Origin: Octopus vulgaris
Taxonomy: Eukaryota
Assembly (NCBI GenBank): GCA_951406725.2
Contig: OX597818.1
Location: forward strand, 2,976,001-3,040,000
Length of the DNA: 64,000 bases
Reading direction: 5' to 3'
Notes under the pieces: model-generated
The model's input: only the letters and a program-made list of their open reading frames with translations
The model's database searches: none
What the model was told of the DNA's origin: nothing
Shown: positions 37,413 through 49,889 of the stretch, one piece after another
Numbering within the stretch: position 1 is the stretch's first letter
Layout: each line of letters opens with the position of its first letter
Position numbers and translations under genes: made by a program

Positions 37413-38560
37413 TGGTCTGTTGGTAACAAAGGGCCACTCACTCAGAGTGAAAGGCAGATTGCATGATATATGCATGTGAACAGCTATGCTACATGGCAGT
37501 GAAACATGGACTGTGGCTACGGAGGAGATGCAAAGACTTAAAAAAGGCCAACATACTCTGCTGGATGGATAATGTCAGTGGGCATGTATAACAAAATGTA
37601 AATGATTTAAGAGGAAAACTGGGCATAAGAGATATCAGATGTGGTGTGCAAGAGAGAAGACTGTGCTGGTATGATCATGCGATGTACACAAATGAGAACA
37701 GCTGCATAAAGAAGTGTTGATTTCTAATTGTGGATGGAACCTGTGAAAGGAGTACACCCAGGAAGACATAGAATGAAGTGGTGAGAAATGATCTTCAGAT
37801 TTTGAAACTCTCAGCCCTCATAGAGGAGATGACAAAGGACTGAGACTTCTGATGATTTGCAGTGCTTGTAGAGACATGTCAAACTAAGTAAAATCATGGC
37901 CATCTATACACACAGGCATGTCCTATATGGCCATACCCGCTTCCCCTCACACATAATTCTGTCTTCTAGCAGAACTCCCCCACAACCCATTTTCCCAGCA
38001 CCCACCTACTCACCCACTGTAGGCCTCTCCACTTTCCCTCATGTGCATATCCAAACACCCTCCCTGCCTTTACATACCTCCCAGTCACTCCAATTCCTCT
38101 TGCCATCATTTGCTCTCTCTAAATATCTCCCCTCACACTCCCATAGAACATCTTCCTCTATTCCCTAGGTAATACTTATATTCCTCAACACCATTCCCTG
38201 TGGGTAGGCCTTCTCTCTCTCACTCTGATTTTCTTTCTGATGGGTTCACACCTTCTCTCAGCTGAGATGTCCTTGTCTTGCAAGCTACTTGGTGACCCCA
38301 CAGGTGTTGGTTCCACATAAAAAGCACCTATGCTGGTACCACCTAAAAAGCATCTATATTGATCCCACATAAAAGCCTCCTCACTGGTGTCAAATAAAAA
38401 GCACCCAGTACACTGTGTAAAGTGTTTGGTGTTAAGAAGAGCATCCAGCAGCAGGCACCATGTGAAAAGAGACAATTGGAGCCTGGTGCAACTCTTTGGG
38501 TTGTCAGTTCCTGCCAGAATGTGAAATGGATGTTAAATGATGACAACGATGATGATAATG
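37413..38560 (+). mobile_element. RTE LINE 3' fragment
   Basis: LLVTKGHSLRVKGRLHDICM..AMLHGSETW; 3' UTR ending gttaaatgatga at ~38540. Confidence 0.8.
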
Positions 38561-38954
38561 AGGAGGAGGAGGAATGGCTTACTTGTATTCTCTAATTGGA
38601 AGGTGAAATTTTTGAAATTTGGAAGTAACTTCATTATTTCTCAGTTAGCCTCCAAACAGGGTACATGACTGATTAAATTATCACAAAACACAAGAATACA
38701 AACACATGTAGAAGTGTACATGAACATAAAAGAAGATCAGATAGATTTTATTGTGGCATTTATTCAGGCTCTTCATACTCTCCATACTCAAATACTACAG
38801 AGGTCAATATTGCCTTTCATCATCCTTTCAAAGTGAAAAAAATAAACCACCAGTCTTGGCTCCATCAAGTCTCAAAATGCTCAAGATATGCAATATGTTA
38901 TCCTGACACTCCCATTTCCCCAGAGTTGAGAGCATATATATATATATATATATA

Positions 38955-40105
38955 CTAGACTTACTACCCAGCATTGCTCGGTAAAAAAATATTTACAGAA
39001 TTGTTTGCCAGTTTGTAGAATGGGAATTCATGGTACTTATGCATGTATATATATTTAACCCAACTTCTGGACTTATTTAATTGGAACTGTTGACGTTTTG
39101 TTTTTTGTTGGAGAGTTACAAAATGTAAATATTTGAACCAGAAGTTGACTCATTTAATGTCAGAAGAGGATTTACAGACAAAATAAGGGCTTAAACCTAA
39201 TGGAAATTTAATAAAATTTGGTCATACGTAAGTGAAATTATGCTAAATACAACTAAATTGAAAACCTTTTACCCCTGGCCATATTGGCAATTCTGAAAAC
39301 TTTTGTGTACAAATTTTACATGAGTAGAAGCCCTTTTTAACAATTCTTATCCTGCAATCACCTGTGAAAGATAGGAGAAAGTGAAAGATGTATGAACGTG
39401 TATATGAAATGGATGGGTGTGTGTGTGTGTGTGAGAGAGAGAGAGTGCCACTTACACATATATGAGAACACACACATTCACTCACTCACACACTCTCTCT
39501 CCCACACACACATGCACACATACATACAAAAAAGATGTACACATTTGTACTTATACATGATAACACACCCCTTCACTCACTTTCTCTTTCTCTCCCTTCC
39601 TCTCTCTCTCTCTCTCTTCCTCTCTCTCTCTTTCACACATACATGTCCATTTCATATACATGTACATACATCTTTCACTTTAAAACAGAAGCAAATAAAT
39701 AAAAATTTTTATGGAAATTAACGAACTCCAGATGATGAAATCACATTCAGTTAAAAATATTTCTAAATGATTAAAATATTATGATTAAAATAAAGTCGCC
39801 TTTTTTCTTAGAGATTATGAAGACATGTTTGTGTTGACTGACATGCCTTGACATTCAGTATATGTGTGTGTATTCTATATGTGCATATGTGTGTTGATGT
39901 CACAAAAGCCATGTTTGTTTTGCGTCAGGAAATAACAAACAAAAATTGTGTTTAATCATTTAAATAGAGGTCCAAATATCACAAAAATTTATACTACACT
40001 GCCGAAGGTATGAAAATAAATACAAAAAAAATTAAGATAAAATATACTATTTCTGAGATATTTCGGGTACACAAAAACATCTCTAGAGTTTTAGTATTAT
40101 TGAGA
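38955..40105 (-). mobile_element. Non-autonomous Helitron-like element
   Basis: Minus-strand 3' hairpin ccgagcaatgctggg then CTAG|T; candidate A|TC start at 40105; 39231-39370 recurs at 56289-56430. Confidence 0.6.
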
Positions 40106-40299
40106 TTTTCTTTTCTATGGCCGTGTTAAGGCTCTTCCTTCAAGAATTTTAGTCAAATGAATTGATCACAGTATTTATTTTTTTATGCCTGGTACTTTAT
40201 TTTATCAGTTTCTTTTGCCAAATTGCTAAGCTATGGAGACATAAACACACCAAAACTGGTTGTCAAGTGGTGGTGGAGGACAAACAGACACAGACACAC

Positions 40300-41806
40300 A
40301 CATATGTATCAACAACAATAACAACAATATTAACAACAACAGCGCCTTCACAATAACCGGCAGTGGTGATAAAACTACTGACACCCCTATCACCTCCAGT
40401 GATACCAACACCAGCAGCTCCAGCTCCAACAACAACAATATCAGCAACAAGAACAGAACAGGTGCAGCACCAACAACACGCACCCACTGAGATACATCAG
40501 ATGAACCAGGAATTCTCTCAAGCAACATGTTTCCAACCAGTGGTACTCCTTCAGAGTTCTGGAAAGAAGATATGTAACATCGCTAGCCAGCCACATCTGG
40601 CAACTAAAAGATGATGGGATTCCATACTCAATCCTATGGAAAATCCTCAAGACCCCAGGCCTCTACATCAATGGGACAAAGCATTGCAAGTTATGCATAG
40701 CTGAACGTGCGAGAATCCTAAAAGGCTCCCTCGAAGCAAGGAGCATCCTTAACTCCAGAATGGAGATTTTCGGGCCTTGTTTACATTTTAGGAAATTCCT
40801 TAACTCCAGAATGGAGATTTTCGGGCCTTGTTTACATTTTAGGAAATTCCTGCTAGCCTTTTGGTCCACAAGATGGCGCACAGCCAGAAGTTGATAGCCA
40901 ATAGCAAAGGGAGATAATCCCCTATTGTTTACCTTTGTAGCGAGGCTTTCCCCCCTCCATATTTTGAAGAGGTCTTAGGTTAACAGGTTTTGGGGTCCGA
41001 AAATATGCTATAAAACTATACCCTTTATACTAGCTTTCCTCACTTTTAATATATATATGAAGGAATATTATTCCAAACTTACAGGGAAAAAATAATTTAT
41101 AATTATAAATCATTGGTAATTTATTCTATTTGTTAACACTAAGTCATCACGCGTTTAATTTTTATAAACACTAAGACCTACATATTTTTTACATTTAAAA
41201 TTTAGTTATATTATTTTCATCGACAAGCTAAGTAAAGGTTTTTGCTTATAAATATTATTTGGCTTTTATTATTATTGTTATTAATATTGTTGTTGAAATA
41301 TTATTATTTTTATATATATTGATAGTTATAAGTTATGATAGTTATTAATTATTATATCTATTTATTTAGAATGCTTTATTATTATTTTTATAAAGGGATT
41401 TAATGTATTATATACAATTTAATTTGAGAATTAATTTTGTTAGACAATACATTGTTTAATAATTCGGTGGTATATTTATCAAGTAGTATTACATTTAAGT
41501 AAATTAGTTTTTATATTAATTGATATTTTGGTCAACTATATTATTGAGTGATATAGATACTACATATATATTAATTATATAGTTAGTTTATATAATGAGT
41601 GTGTCTATATTTGAACCATTTCTTATATTTGATTCCGGTATTTAAGGCTTGTACTAGCATTGTGTATATTAATTAATATTAAGGTTTTTAGTATTAATTA
41701 GACTTTATTTGGATGTTTATTAAATAAATGTATTAATTAATAATTTGATTTAATGTATATAGTTTAAAGTGTTGTATTTAGTTTTCACTTAATGTATATT
41801 TTGTAT

Positions 41807-41852
<46 letters not shown>

Positions 41853-42060
41853 TAGATATCTATTTTTAAGAATATATTTATTTTTTAAAAGATTATTTAC
41901 ATATATTTATTAATTAATTATTTTATTATTGTAGTTATCTTTAACCTGATGAGTGACTATATTTATATTGAAGTGATTTTACTACTACTACTAATATTTT
42001 TACTATAATCATTTCTTAAATATAGCCACAAAACACATGTTGTCATTCTACCAAATATAT
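40300..42060 (+). mobile_element. PLE 3' fragment (N/S/T-rich linker, GIY-YIG C-terminus, pseudo-LTR)
   Basis: LKDDGIPYSILWKIL...CKLCIAE...LNSRMEIFGPCLHFRKF; downstream hammerhead relic. Confidence 0.8.
41940..42050 (+). ncRNA. Degenerate hammerhead motif
   Basis: CTGATGA-gtgactatattta...taaatatagccac-aAAAC-acatgtt-GTC; G12 lost at a CpG; stem I poor. Confidence 0.55.
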
Positions 42061-42139
42061 ACGTTTTATTTATTATTTTGAACATTACTTAATCATTGTT
42101 ATATTTTTATCTTATATTTAATCTTTCTATTATATGTAA

Positions 42140-42490
42140 CTAGCAGTATCGCCCGGCGTTGCTCGGGTTTGTAAGGGAAATAACTATATAAGCATTTTTA
42201 GAGATGTAAAGTATAATAGCCATCTCAATATGGCTAACCACAAAGAGGGAGGGTGTTACTGTAGCTTTTTACGTTCTGAGATTTAATAATAAATTTTTAG
42301 AGAGTTACTTCCCTTATATATGCCAAAAATGCATTAAGAATGGGAAAAATTGATGGTAATTTTTTTTTTAAATCATAGACTCATCGTAGACGTGCGCTAA
42401 TACCCAGAAGGGCTCAGTATGAATCACGACTATAAGATACCCGGCTTTCGTTAAACTACACTGCAAAATGTGGGAGTAGTTAGGAATCTA
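42140..42490 (-). mobile_element. Helitron-like element 3' fragment
   Basis: Minus strand cccgagcaacgccgggcgatactgCTAG|T. Confidence 0.7.
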
Positions 42491-42609
42491 TTAAAAAAAG
42501 GTTTAACTTCTTGCCTAGAGCGAGTCCACAGCAATATCATATCTTCTCCACTATTTCAGTATTACATGTTAAAAGTGAAACAAAAACATCTCTCTATTGT
42601 ATGTATATG

Positions 42610-42654
<45 letters not shown>

Positions 42655-43374
42655 CAAAATATAAAGTTATATCTTGAGATCGTTAGTGACAACAATGCTC
42701 AAAATATATAACAGACTGGAATAGTAGTGCTCAAATGAGCTGTATACACTTTTTAATCCGAGGGGAGGCAATGTGAGCAGCAACTACAAGAGCACTACAA
42801 AATCCACAGAAAGATCAAACACATACATATATTCATTTATATCTACAGAACAGACATAAAGCCTGACGTTTAGAAATATATAGTAATATATAAATATATA
42901 AACATCATATATAAATATATTGTATGCATAAGATCCACTCGACGTTCCATAAGAAATTTAGAAATAAAAATTGCAATAAAAGTCAGAGGTAATAATAACA
43001 ATTGAATTAAATATAGTAAGTAGTAATTAAATATATTTTATTTTATTAAAATGGTAATAAAATCATAATATAACAATTAAAAGAAAAAATAGCAATTAGT
43101 ATAAAATGTATCAAGGACTTGAACTCGAATATGTGGCTTTGCAAGAATGGGAGAAATTAAAAGATGAAAAATTTAATTGAGTGCAGAAGTGAATTAGTCC
43201 AGATGGAGCTGTGCGCATACTATTTACTATAGCTGCTAAATTTAATTATATGCTTATAAAGTAGCATTCAGTATCTATGAGAACTTTTGGGAGTACGTAA
43301 TGTCTGGTCTTTCGCATGTAGCAGGTATGTAGTTGTGCATTTGTTTCCGTGTACTATGTGTTGTGTGTAAAAAA

Positions 43375-43455
43375 CATCCTGACGAGGGGAGTGTCAATTT
43401 TAAATATATGATATGTTTCATATTAATTGGTGCATCTCCGAAATTTTAATTCGTC
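43375..43455 (+). ncRNA. Possible degenerate hammerhead motif
   Basis: CTGACGA-ggggagtgtcaatt...aattggtgcatctcc-GAAA; stems I and III not convincing. Confidence 0.4.
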
Positions 43456-43557
43456 TTTTTAATATGTCATTGTATGTTTTATTACCCCAAATTTTTAATT
43501 TAACAAATTTATACCAAACTAGCACTATGACCCGGCAACGCCGGGTCATAATGCTAG

Positions 43558-43558
<1 letters not shown>

Positions 43559-43597
<39 letters not shown>

Positions 43598-46500
43598 CAA
43601 TAAAATATATGTATATATACCTATACATAGAGACGCATACACACATTCATATATATATATATATATATATATCTTATACATATGTTTGTTTCTGTCAACT
43701 ACACCTGTTGACGAATTTTCTTGAAACTTTGTAAACATGTTAAAGTAACATCCAGTTTGTTACTAAGCTCACTGAAGTTTAAGAAAAATCTAAAAGTGAT
43801 CCACATATATAACCAATATATTTTAGTTTAACAACCAAGGGAAATAACCCATTCATTTTCCTGTATTATTTGGTATAAATCAAATTGAGTATGCTTATTT
43901 CTTGGTATTTGAACTGTTAGAGTTATTTTCGCAATTTACCCAGTACAACCCTTAAACAAGTAAATAGCACTTTCCTAAACAATAGGAAATAAGTCAGTGA
44001 CTTATTCATGACTATACAATAAATAACGAAGTTTTTTATGTCACTTCAGCCAATTGACAAGTGCTGCATGAAGAACTGTTCTGCTTTTAGACAAATGCAC
44101 TGTGATCACAAAAGTCACACCCTGTTTACATGTAGGAACACCTTAAAATCTACCTGTACGTCTTGAAGATGGCCAGCATGTATATTTCACAGAAGACAAT
44201 ACTCAAAACCTAGTTCTGAATGCATCAGAAACCACTTTGACAACTTCCTTCAAATTATGCCAATGTAATCTGTTTGTCTGAACACCGTTGCATGTAGAGG
44301 TCCCTTGTACTATACCTAGTCACACAATAGAAAGAACAGACATAAGGAGCACACGCTGAGGGCTGGGAAGAAGATTCTGTCTTCAGAAGTGGAGCCATCA
44401 GGCGGGATGCACCCTAATCAGCAGGAGTGCTTCTTTCTGCATCTACTGCTGCACACTATCAGAGGTTCTCCATCATTCACAGACTTTCTAAGACACAATG
44501 GGGAAGTGTGCATGACCTACAGAGAAGCCTGCACCAAACATGGACTACTGGAGGACGATGCTCACTGGGACCAGACACTGGAAAAGGCAACAGTCAGCAC
44601 AACACTAAGTCAACTGCACCAGCTATTTTCTATCATGTTAATGACATGTAGCTTGCATGAACCTCTCGAGCTTTGGGTGACCCACAAAACCAGCATGGCA
44701 GAGGACATCTAGAAAGGATTCAAAGGCAAACCTCAGTGGAAATTAGGGTTCAATAAAGCCATTTACAATGAAACATTACTTGACCTGGACACCCAAGTGC
44801 AAGCTATCGGAGGTCAAGACAATTCCACATTTGGTCTGCCTCAATTGAAGGAGGCAGCAAACAATCTTGCAATTGAGTACCTGCAAGAAATCAACTATGA
44901 CATCAAGGAAATGACAGCGTATAATAGCTGATAAAGAACATAAACTGATGGAGAACCAACTGGATGTTTATATTATTTTGAGCAGTGAAAATGAAAGAGG
45001 TCTTATCTTTGTGGATGCTCAGATGGAACTGGCAAAAACATTTGTCATCAACCTTCTTCTGGCTAAACTGCACCAAATGAAACACATTACCATAGCAGTG
45101 GCATCAAGTGGAATAGCTGCAACTCTGCTAAGTGGTGGCTGCACAGCTCATTCCTGTTTCAAACTCCCTTTTGGCCTGTCCAAGAAAGAGAAGGCAAACT
45201 GCAACATCAGTTGTGGTTCCATAAAAGGCAAACTTCTGGGTGAATGCAGGTTGATCATCTGGGATGAAGTGACAATGAGCCATGAAGTTTCCTTTGAAGC
45301 TCTTGATATGGCCCTTCACGATCTGAGACACAACACCAGGCTCATGAGAGGTACCACAGTTCTGCTTGTAAGAGACCTTAGACAAACCCTTCTCATGGTT
45401 CCAAAGGGGACAAGAGCTAATGAAGTAAATTCCAGTATAAAGTTGTCCTACCTATGGAGCAGTGTGCAAAAGCTAAGACTCACAACCAGCATGAGAGTGC
45501 AGCACGATGGCCAGGTAAGCTTGCCTTTTGGATATTTGGTATATGATTTAAAGGAACTGATGAATAAGGAATCAGTTTACCTGAGGAATCAATTTACAGG
45601 CCACAACTGGCTGAAAACCCATGCCATTTTAGCTCCAAAGTATGTGGCAGTTGATGATTTGAACTTTAAACTTCTGGAACAGTTGCCAGGTGAGCGTCAC
45701 ATCTACAATTCCATTGACACTGTACTTGAAATCGATGAAGCTGTGAATTATCCAGTTGAATTCTTGAATAGTTTAACACCACCTGGCCTCCCACCTCACA
45801 ATTTGTACCTCAAGATTGGAGCACTGGTTATGCTGCTTCGAAACCTTGATCCAGCAAGCTTTGCAATGGTACACAACTTATAATAAAGAAGATGATGCCA
45901 ACAATCTTGGAGACAACAATTTTGACTGATAAAGCAAGTGGTGAGCCTGTATTCATTCCTAGAATTTTACTTGTTCCCTCAGATATGCATTTCCAGTACA
46001 AGTGCCTGCAATTCCCATTGAAAATGAGCTTTGCAATGAGTATTAACAAAGCCCAGGGGCAGTTCTTGGATGTGGTAGGTCTGAACCTTGCAGAACCAGA
46101 TTACTCTCATAGCCAACTTTATGTGGGAGGCTCAAGAGTTGGCAATCCTAAATCATTTGTTTATTTATGCCCCACAAAAAAAGATCAAAAATGTTGTTTA
46201 TCAAGGAGCTCTAAAAACTTAATACGATTCACCAAATCATCAGGTATTTATTATTTACCTGTAATATTTGTAAGTGTTGTAAATGTATTGATAATCTACA
46301 TGTCATTTTATTTTAAAATCTATATGCAAATTTATTTGTATGCCTACTGTAAAACTAAATGTTGGTCTGTTTCTACATTCATTGTAAATCCATTTCAACA
46401 CCAGTGCCCCTAAGGGTTATATTCTCTGGGAACACACAAAAGCCCTTTTCAGAGTTATTTACTTTGAATTGTTATTATCTCATATCTGATTAGCCTGTAA

Positions 46501-46861
46501 TTATGTAACATGCTTCACGCTTTTGGTATACATACCTTATTAGTATTTCCTCCTAAGTTCTTTACACTCTGGGAACACATTAAAGCCTTTTTTGGGGCTA
46601 CTTTATTTGAATTCTTACTAATAGGCAACTAATTTTACGTTATTATGTAACTGACTTCACAATTTGGGTATTCATAACTTATTGGGAATTCCTAAAAACA
46701 AGATCCTATGTAAGACAGTTCGGTACTCGCTGTAAATGCACAAAAACCATTTTAAGGGCTACATACTTTGTATTGTTGTTATTGGATTAGAGAAATAATT
46801 ATGAGAATGGAACCAAGGGATAAGCCCCACTTTTCTCAGAATTACCGGGTATATCAGCTAG
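43559..46861 (+). mobile_element. Helitron with a disrupted Pif1-like helicase
   Basis: HPNQQECFFL.LLL, AVASSGIAATLL.GG.TAHS, IIWDE, YPVEFLNSL.PPGLPPHNL.LKIG..VMLLRNLDP, QFPL..SFAMSINKAQGQ; 3' end ccgggtatatcagCTAG|T; 5' boundary approximate. Confidence 0.92.
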
Positions 46862-48283
46862 TATATATATGTGTGTGTGTGTGTGTGTGTGCGTTAGCTA
46901 ACTTCTCCTACATTGTTTCATCAATTTTGATGAAACTTGATATGTGAGTAGAACTCATATCTGGAAACCTCATGGCATACTCAGATTGTTGAAAAAATAG
47001 ATAATAGGGCCCCTGGAAGGATCCTTATATGTAACTATTCAACAGCCAAGGAAAATAACCCATTCATTTTCCTATATTATTTGGTATAAATCAAATTGAG
47101 TATGCTTATTTCTTGGTATTTGAACTGTAGGAGTTATTTTCGCAATTTATCCAGCACAACCCTTAAACAAGTAAATAGTATTTTCCTAAACAATAGGAAA
47201 TAAGTCAGTGACTTATTCATGACTATACAATAAATGACGAAGCTTTTTATGTCACTTCAGCCAATTGACAAGTGCTGCATGAAGAACTGTTCTGCTTTTA
47301 GACAAATGCACTGTCAACACAAAGGTCACACCCTGTGTACATGTAGGAACACCTTCTTAAAATTTATCTGTACATCTTGAAAATGACCGGCATGTATATT
47401 TCAAAGAAGACAATGTTCAAAACCTAGTTCTGAATACATCAGAAACCATTTTGAGAGCTTCCTTCAAATTATGCCAATGTGATCTGTTTCCCCAAGCACT
47501 GTTATATGTTGAGGTCGCCGTGTACTATACCTGGGCACACAATAAATGGAACAGATGTAAGCAAGGAATATGCATTGAGGGCTGGGAAGAAGATGCTGTC
47601 TTCAGAAGTGGGGCCATTGGGTGAGTGTACACTGTGCACCCTAATCAGCAGGAGTGCTTCTTTCTGCATCTACTGCTGCACATTGTCAGAGGTTCTCCAT
47701 CATTCACAGACTTCGAAGACACAATGGGGAAGCATGCACGACCTACAGAGAAGCCTGCGCCAAACATGGACTATTGGAGGACAATGCTCACTGTGACCAG
47801 ACACTGGAGGAGGCAGCAGTCAGCACAGTACAAAGTCAACTGTGCCAGCTATTTTCCCCCATGTTGATTACATGTAGCTTGCATGAACCCACAAGCTTTT
47901 GGCGATCCACAAAACCAGCATGGCAGAGGACATCTAGAAAGGATTCAAAGGCAAACCTCAGCGGAAATTACCACGTTCAATAACACTATTTACAATGAGG
48001 CATTACTTGGCCTGGACATCCAAGTGCAAGCTACGGGAGATCAAGGCAATTCCACATTTGGTTATTACATAACTGACTTCACAATTTGGGTATTCATAAC
48101 TTATTGGGAATTCCTAAAAACAAGATCCTGTGTAAAACAGTTCAGTATTCTCTGTAAATGCACAAAATCCGTTTTATGGGTTACCTACTTAGCATTGTTG
48201 TTATTGGATTAGTGAAACAATTATGAGAATAGAACCAAGGGATAAGCCCCATTTTTCCAGGAATTACTGGGTACATCAGCTAG
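46862..48283 (+). mobile_element. Tandem second Helitron copy lacking the helicase core
   Basis: 47045-48062 collinear with 43835-44835; 48061-48283 with 46639-46861; ends ctgggtacatcagCTAG|T. Confidence 0.92.
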
Positions 48284-48379
48284 TATACATATATATGTAT
48301 ATATACATATATATATATGTATCATCATCATCAATCCAAATGCCTTTGGATGTCATATCATATCCTTTTAGCAACATCT

Positions 48380-49330
48380 TTTAACCACCAAGTTTTGAAG
48401 TGTATCTTTTGACCAAGTTTGCATACATGAGGCTAATAACATCATGAGACTTGGAAAGCAGCTCCTTGAGCAGTATTCCTTGTCTGGTAACCTTAAATAC
48501 ATGCCCAAAGAAGTCGCACAACTTTACTGCAACATATCAGATGAAAGGATGAACATTTATCAACAGAAGATATGCATGAATATGTCAGTAGAAAACTCCA
48601 GGATGATAGTAACATTGATCCTCAAAGCAGTCTATTATGGTCAACAACCAGATTACTAACTCCTACTTTGAAGGATATGCAATTGCAATCCAGGAACAGG
48701 AAATATCAACAAAATACCTGATGCACAAAAAGGACAGAGATGCAGGAAAATGTGATTACCATGCAGACTTTGTGGAGTTAACACCAAAGATATCACTCAC
48801 AACCTAAGCAGTTGTCTGAAAATGCCATCTACTGATGAGACATGATATAGCTAGGACACTGTATAATGAGACCTGTTGGAAGGATGACCCTGAGGCCAAA
48901 GAAATAAGAACCCACAATATGGTAGAACCATAGCTACTCATAATAAAAAGGAGTACTGGTGGAATGTCCCAATCAAAACCTCAATAAAATGTAAACATAG
49001 TAAACTTGACATAGTGATTTGGGACAGAGAAGAGAAACTGCAAAGTTGTGGAAATCAGCTGTCCAGTGCATGTTAAGCAACGAAAATGAAAATATCTACA
49101 CTGAACTATTGAGAAATCTACAGTTATTCTATACAGATTATATGTTCAGGTTTATACCTGTAATTATTGGGGGAATAGAATAAGTACCAATCACTGCCTA
49201 AGTAACAATGTTGAGAAATTGGTTTCCTCAAAACCAGACTGGAAAAAGCTGACTCAAATATTACGGATCCAAGTCATCACTGAAACTGTAAAACTCTGAA
49301 AAAGTTTCCAGAAGTTTATCATTTAAGTAT
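48380..49330 (+). mobile_element. R4/Dong-like LINE 3' fragment
   Basis: FEGYAIAIQEQEISTKYL, CRLCG...DITHNLSSC, YWWNVPI, HSKLDIVIWD. Confidence 0.8.
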
Positions 49331-49579
49331 ATATGAGCATGTCTAGAGATGTAACTATATGCATGTGTCTCCTTGCCGTAAATCTGTGTTACCATGTCTA
49401 GCAAAACACGATTGAAAACACGCCATTCTATTTCGTAAAGATAACTGTAAGTACATCCCGAGTTCTAGAAAAACCATACACACAGTTTCTCTAGAACACC
49501 CATACACACAGTTTTATATATCAGCACGCACCACACACAAATATATACACAAAGCGAATTCAAATCATACTTTCTTCTT

Positions 49580-49850
49580 CACCAACCATTGTATCCTTAC
49601 ATCTTTTGATTGTATTGTTTTATACACACATATACAATGAGGGAAGCGGGAACAGTTAACAACGAAAAATAAGATATTATTTATCTCTCTAACAAGTGCG
49701 TGTATTATAAACACACCAACCATTGACTCCTTACATCTCTTGATTACACATATAATTGCATCTTGTATACACACATACAATGGAGAAAGTGAAAACAGTT
49801 AACAACAATAACAACAACAAATAACATCTTATTTATCTCCCTAACAAGTG
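49580..49850 (+). repeat. Diverged ~135-bp tandem duplication
   Basis: caccaaccattg...ccttacatct...aacagttaacaac...ctaacaagtg occurs twice. Confidence 0.8.
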
Positions 49851-49889
49851 TGCTATATCTTCACTTTATTTTTAAAATTTTTTTTTTTT

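Noticed and set aside
42715-42810. gtagtgctc...gagcactac stem as another hammerhead
   Set aside because: The flanking core motifs are too degenerate (ctggaata, aaaatcc).
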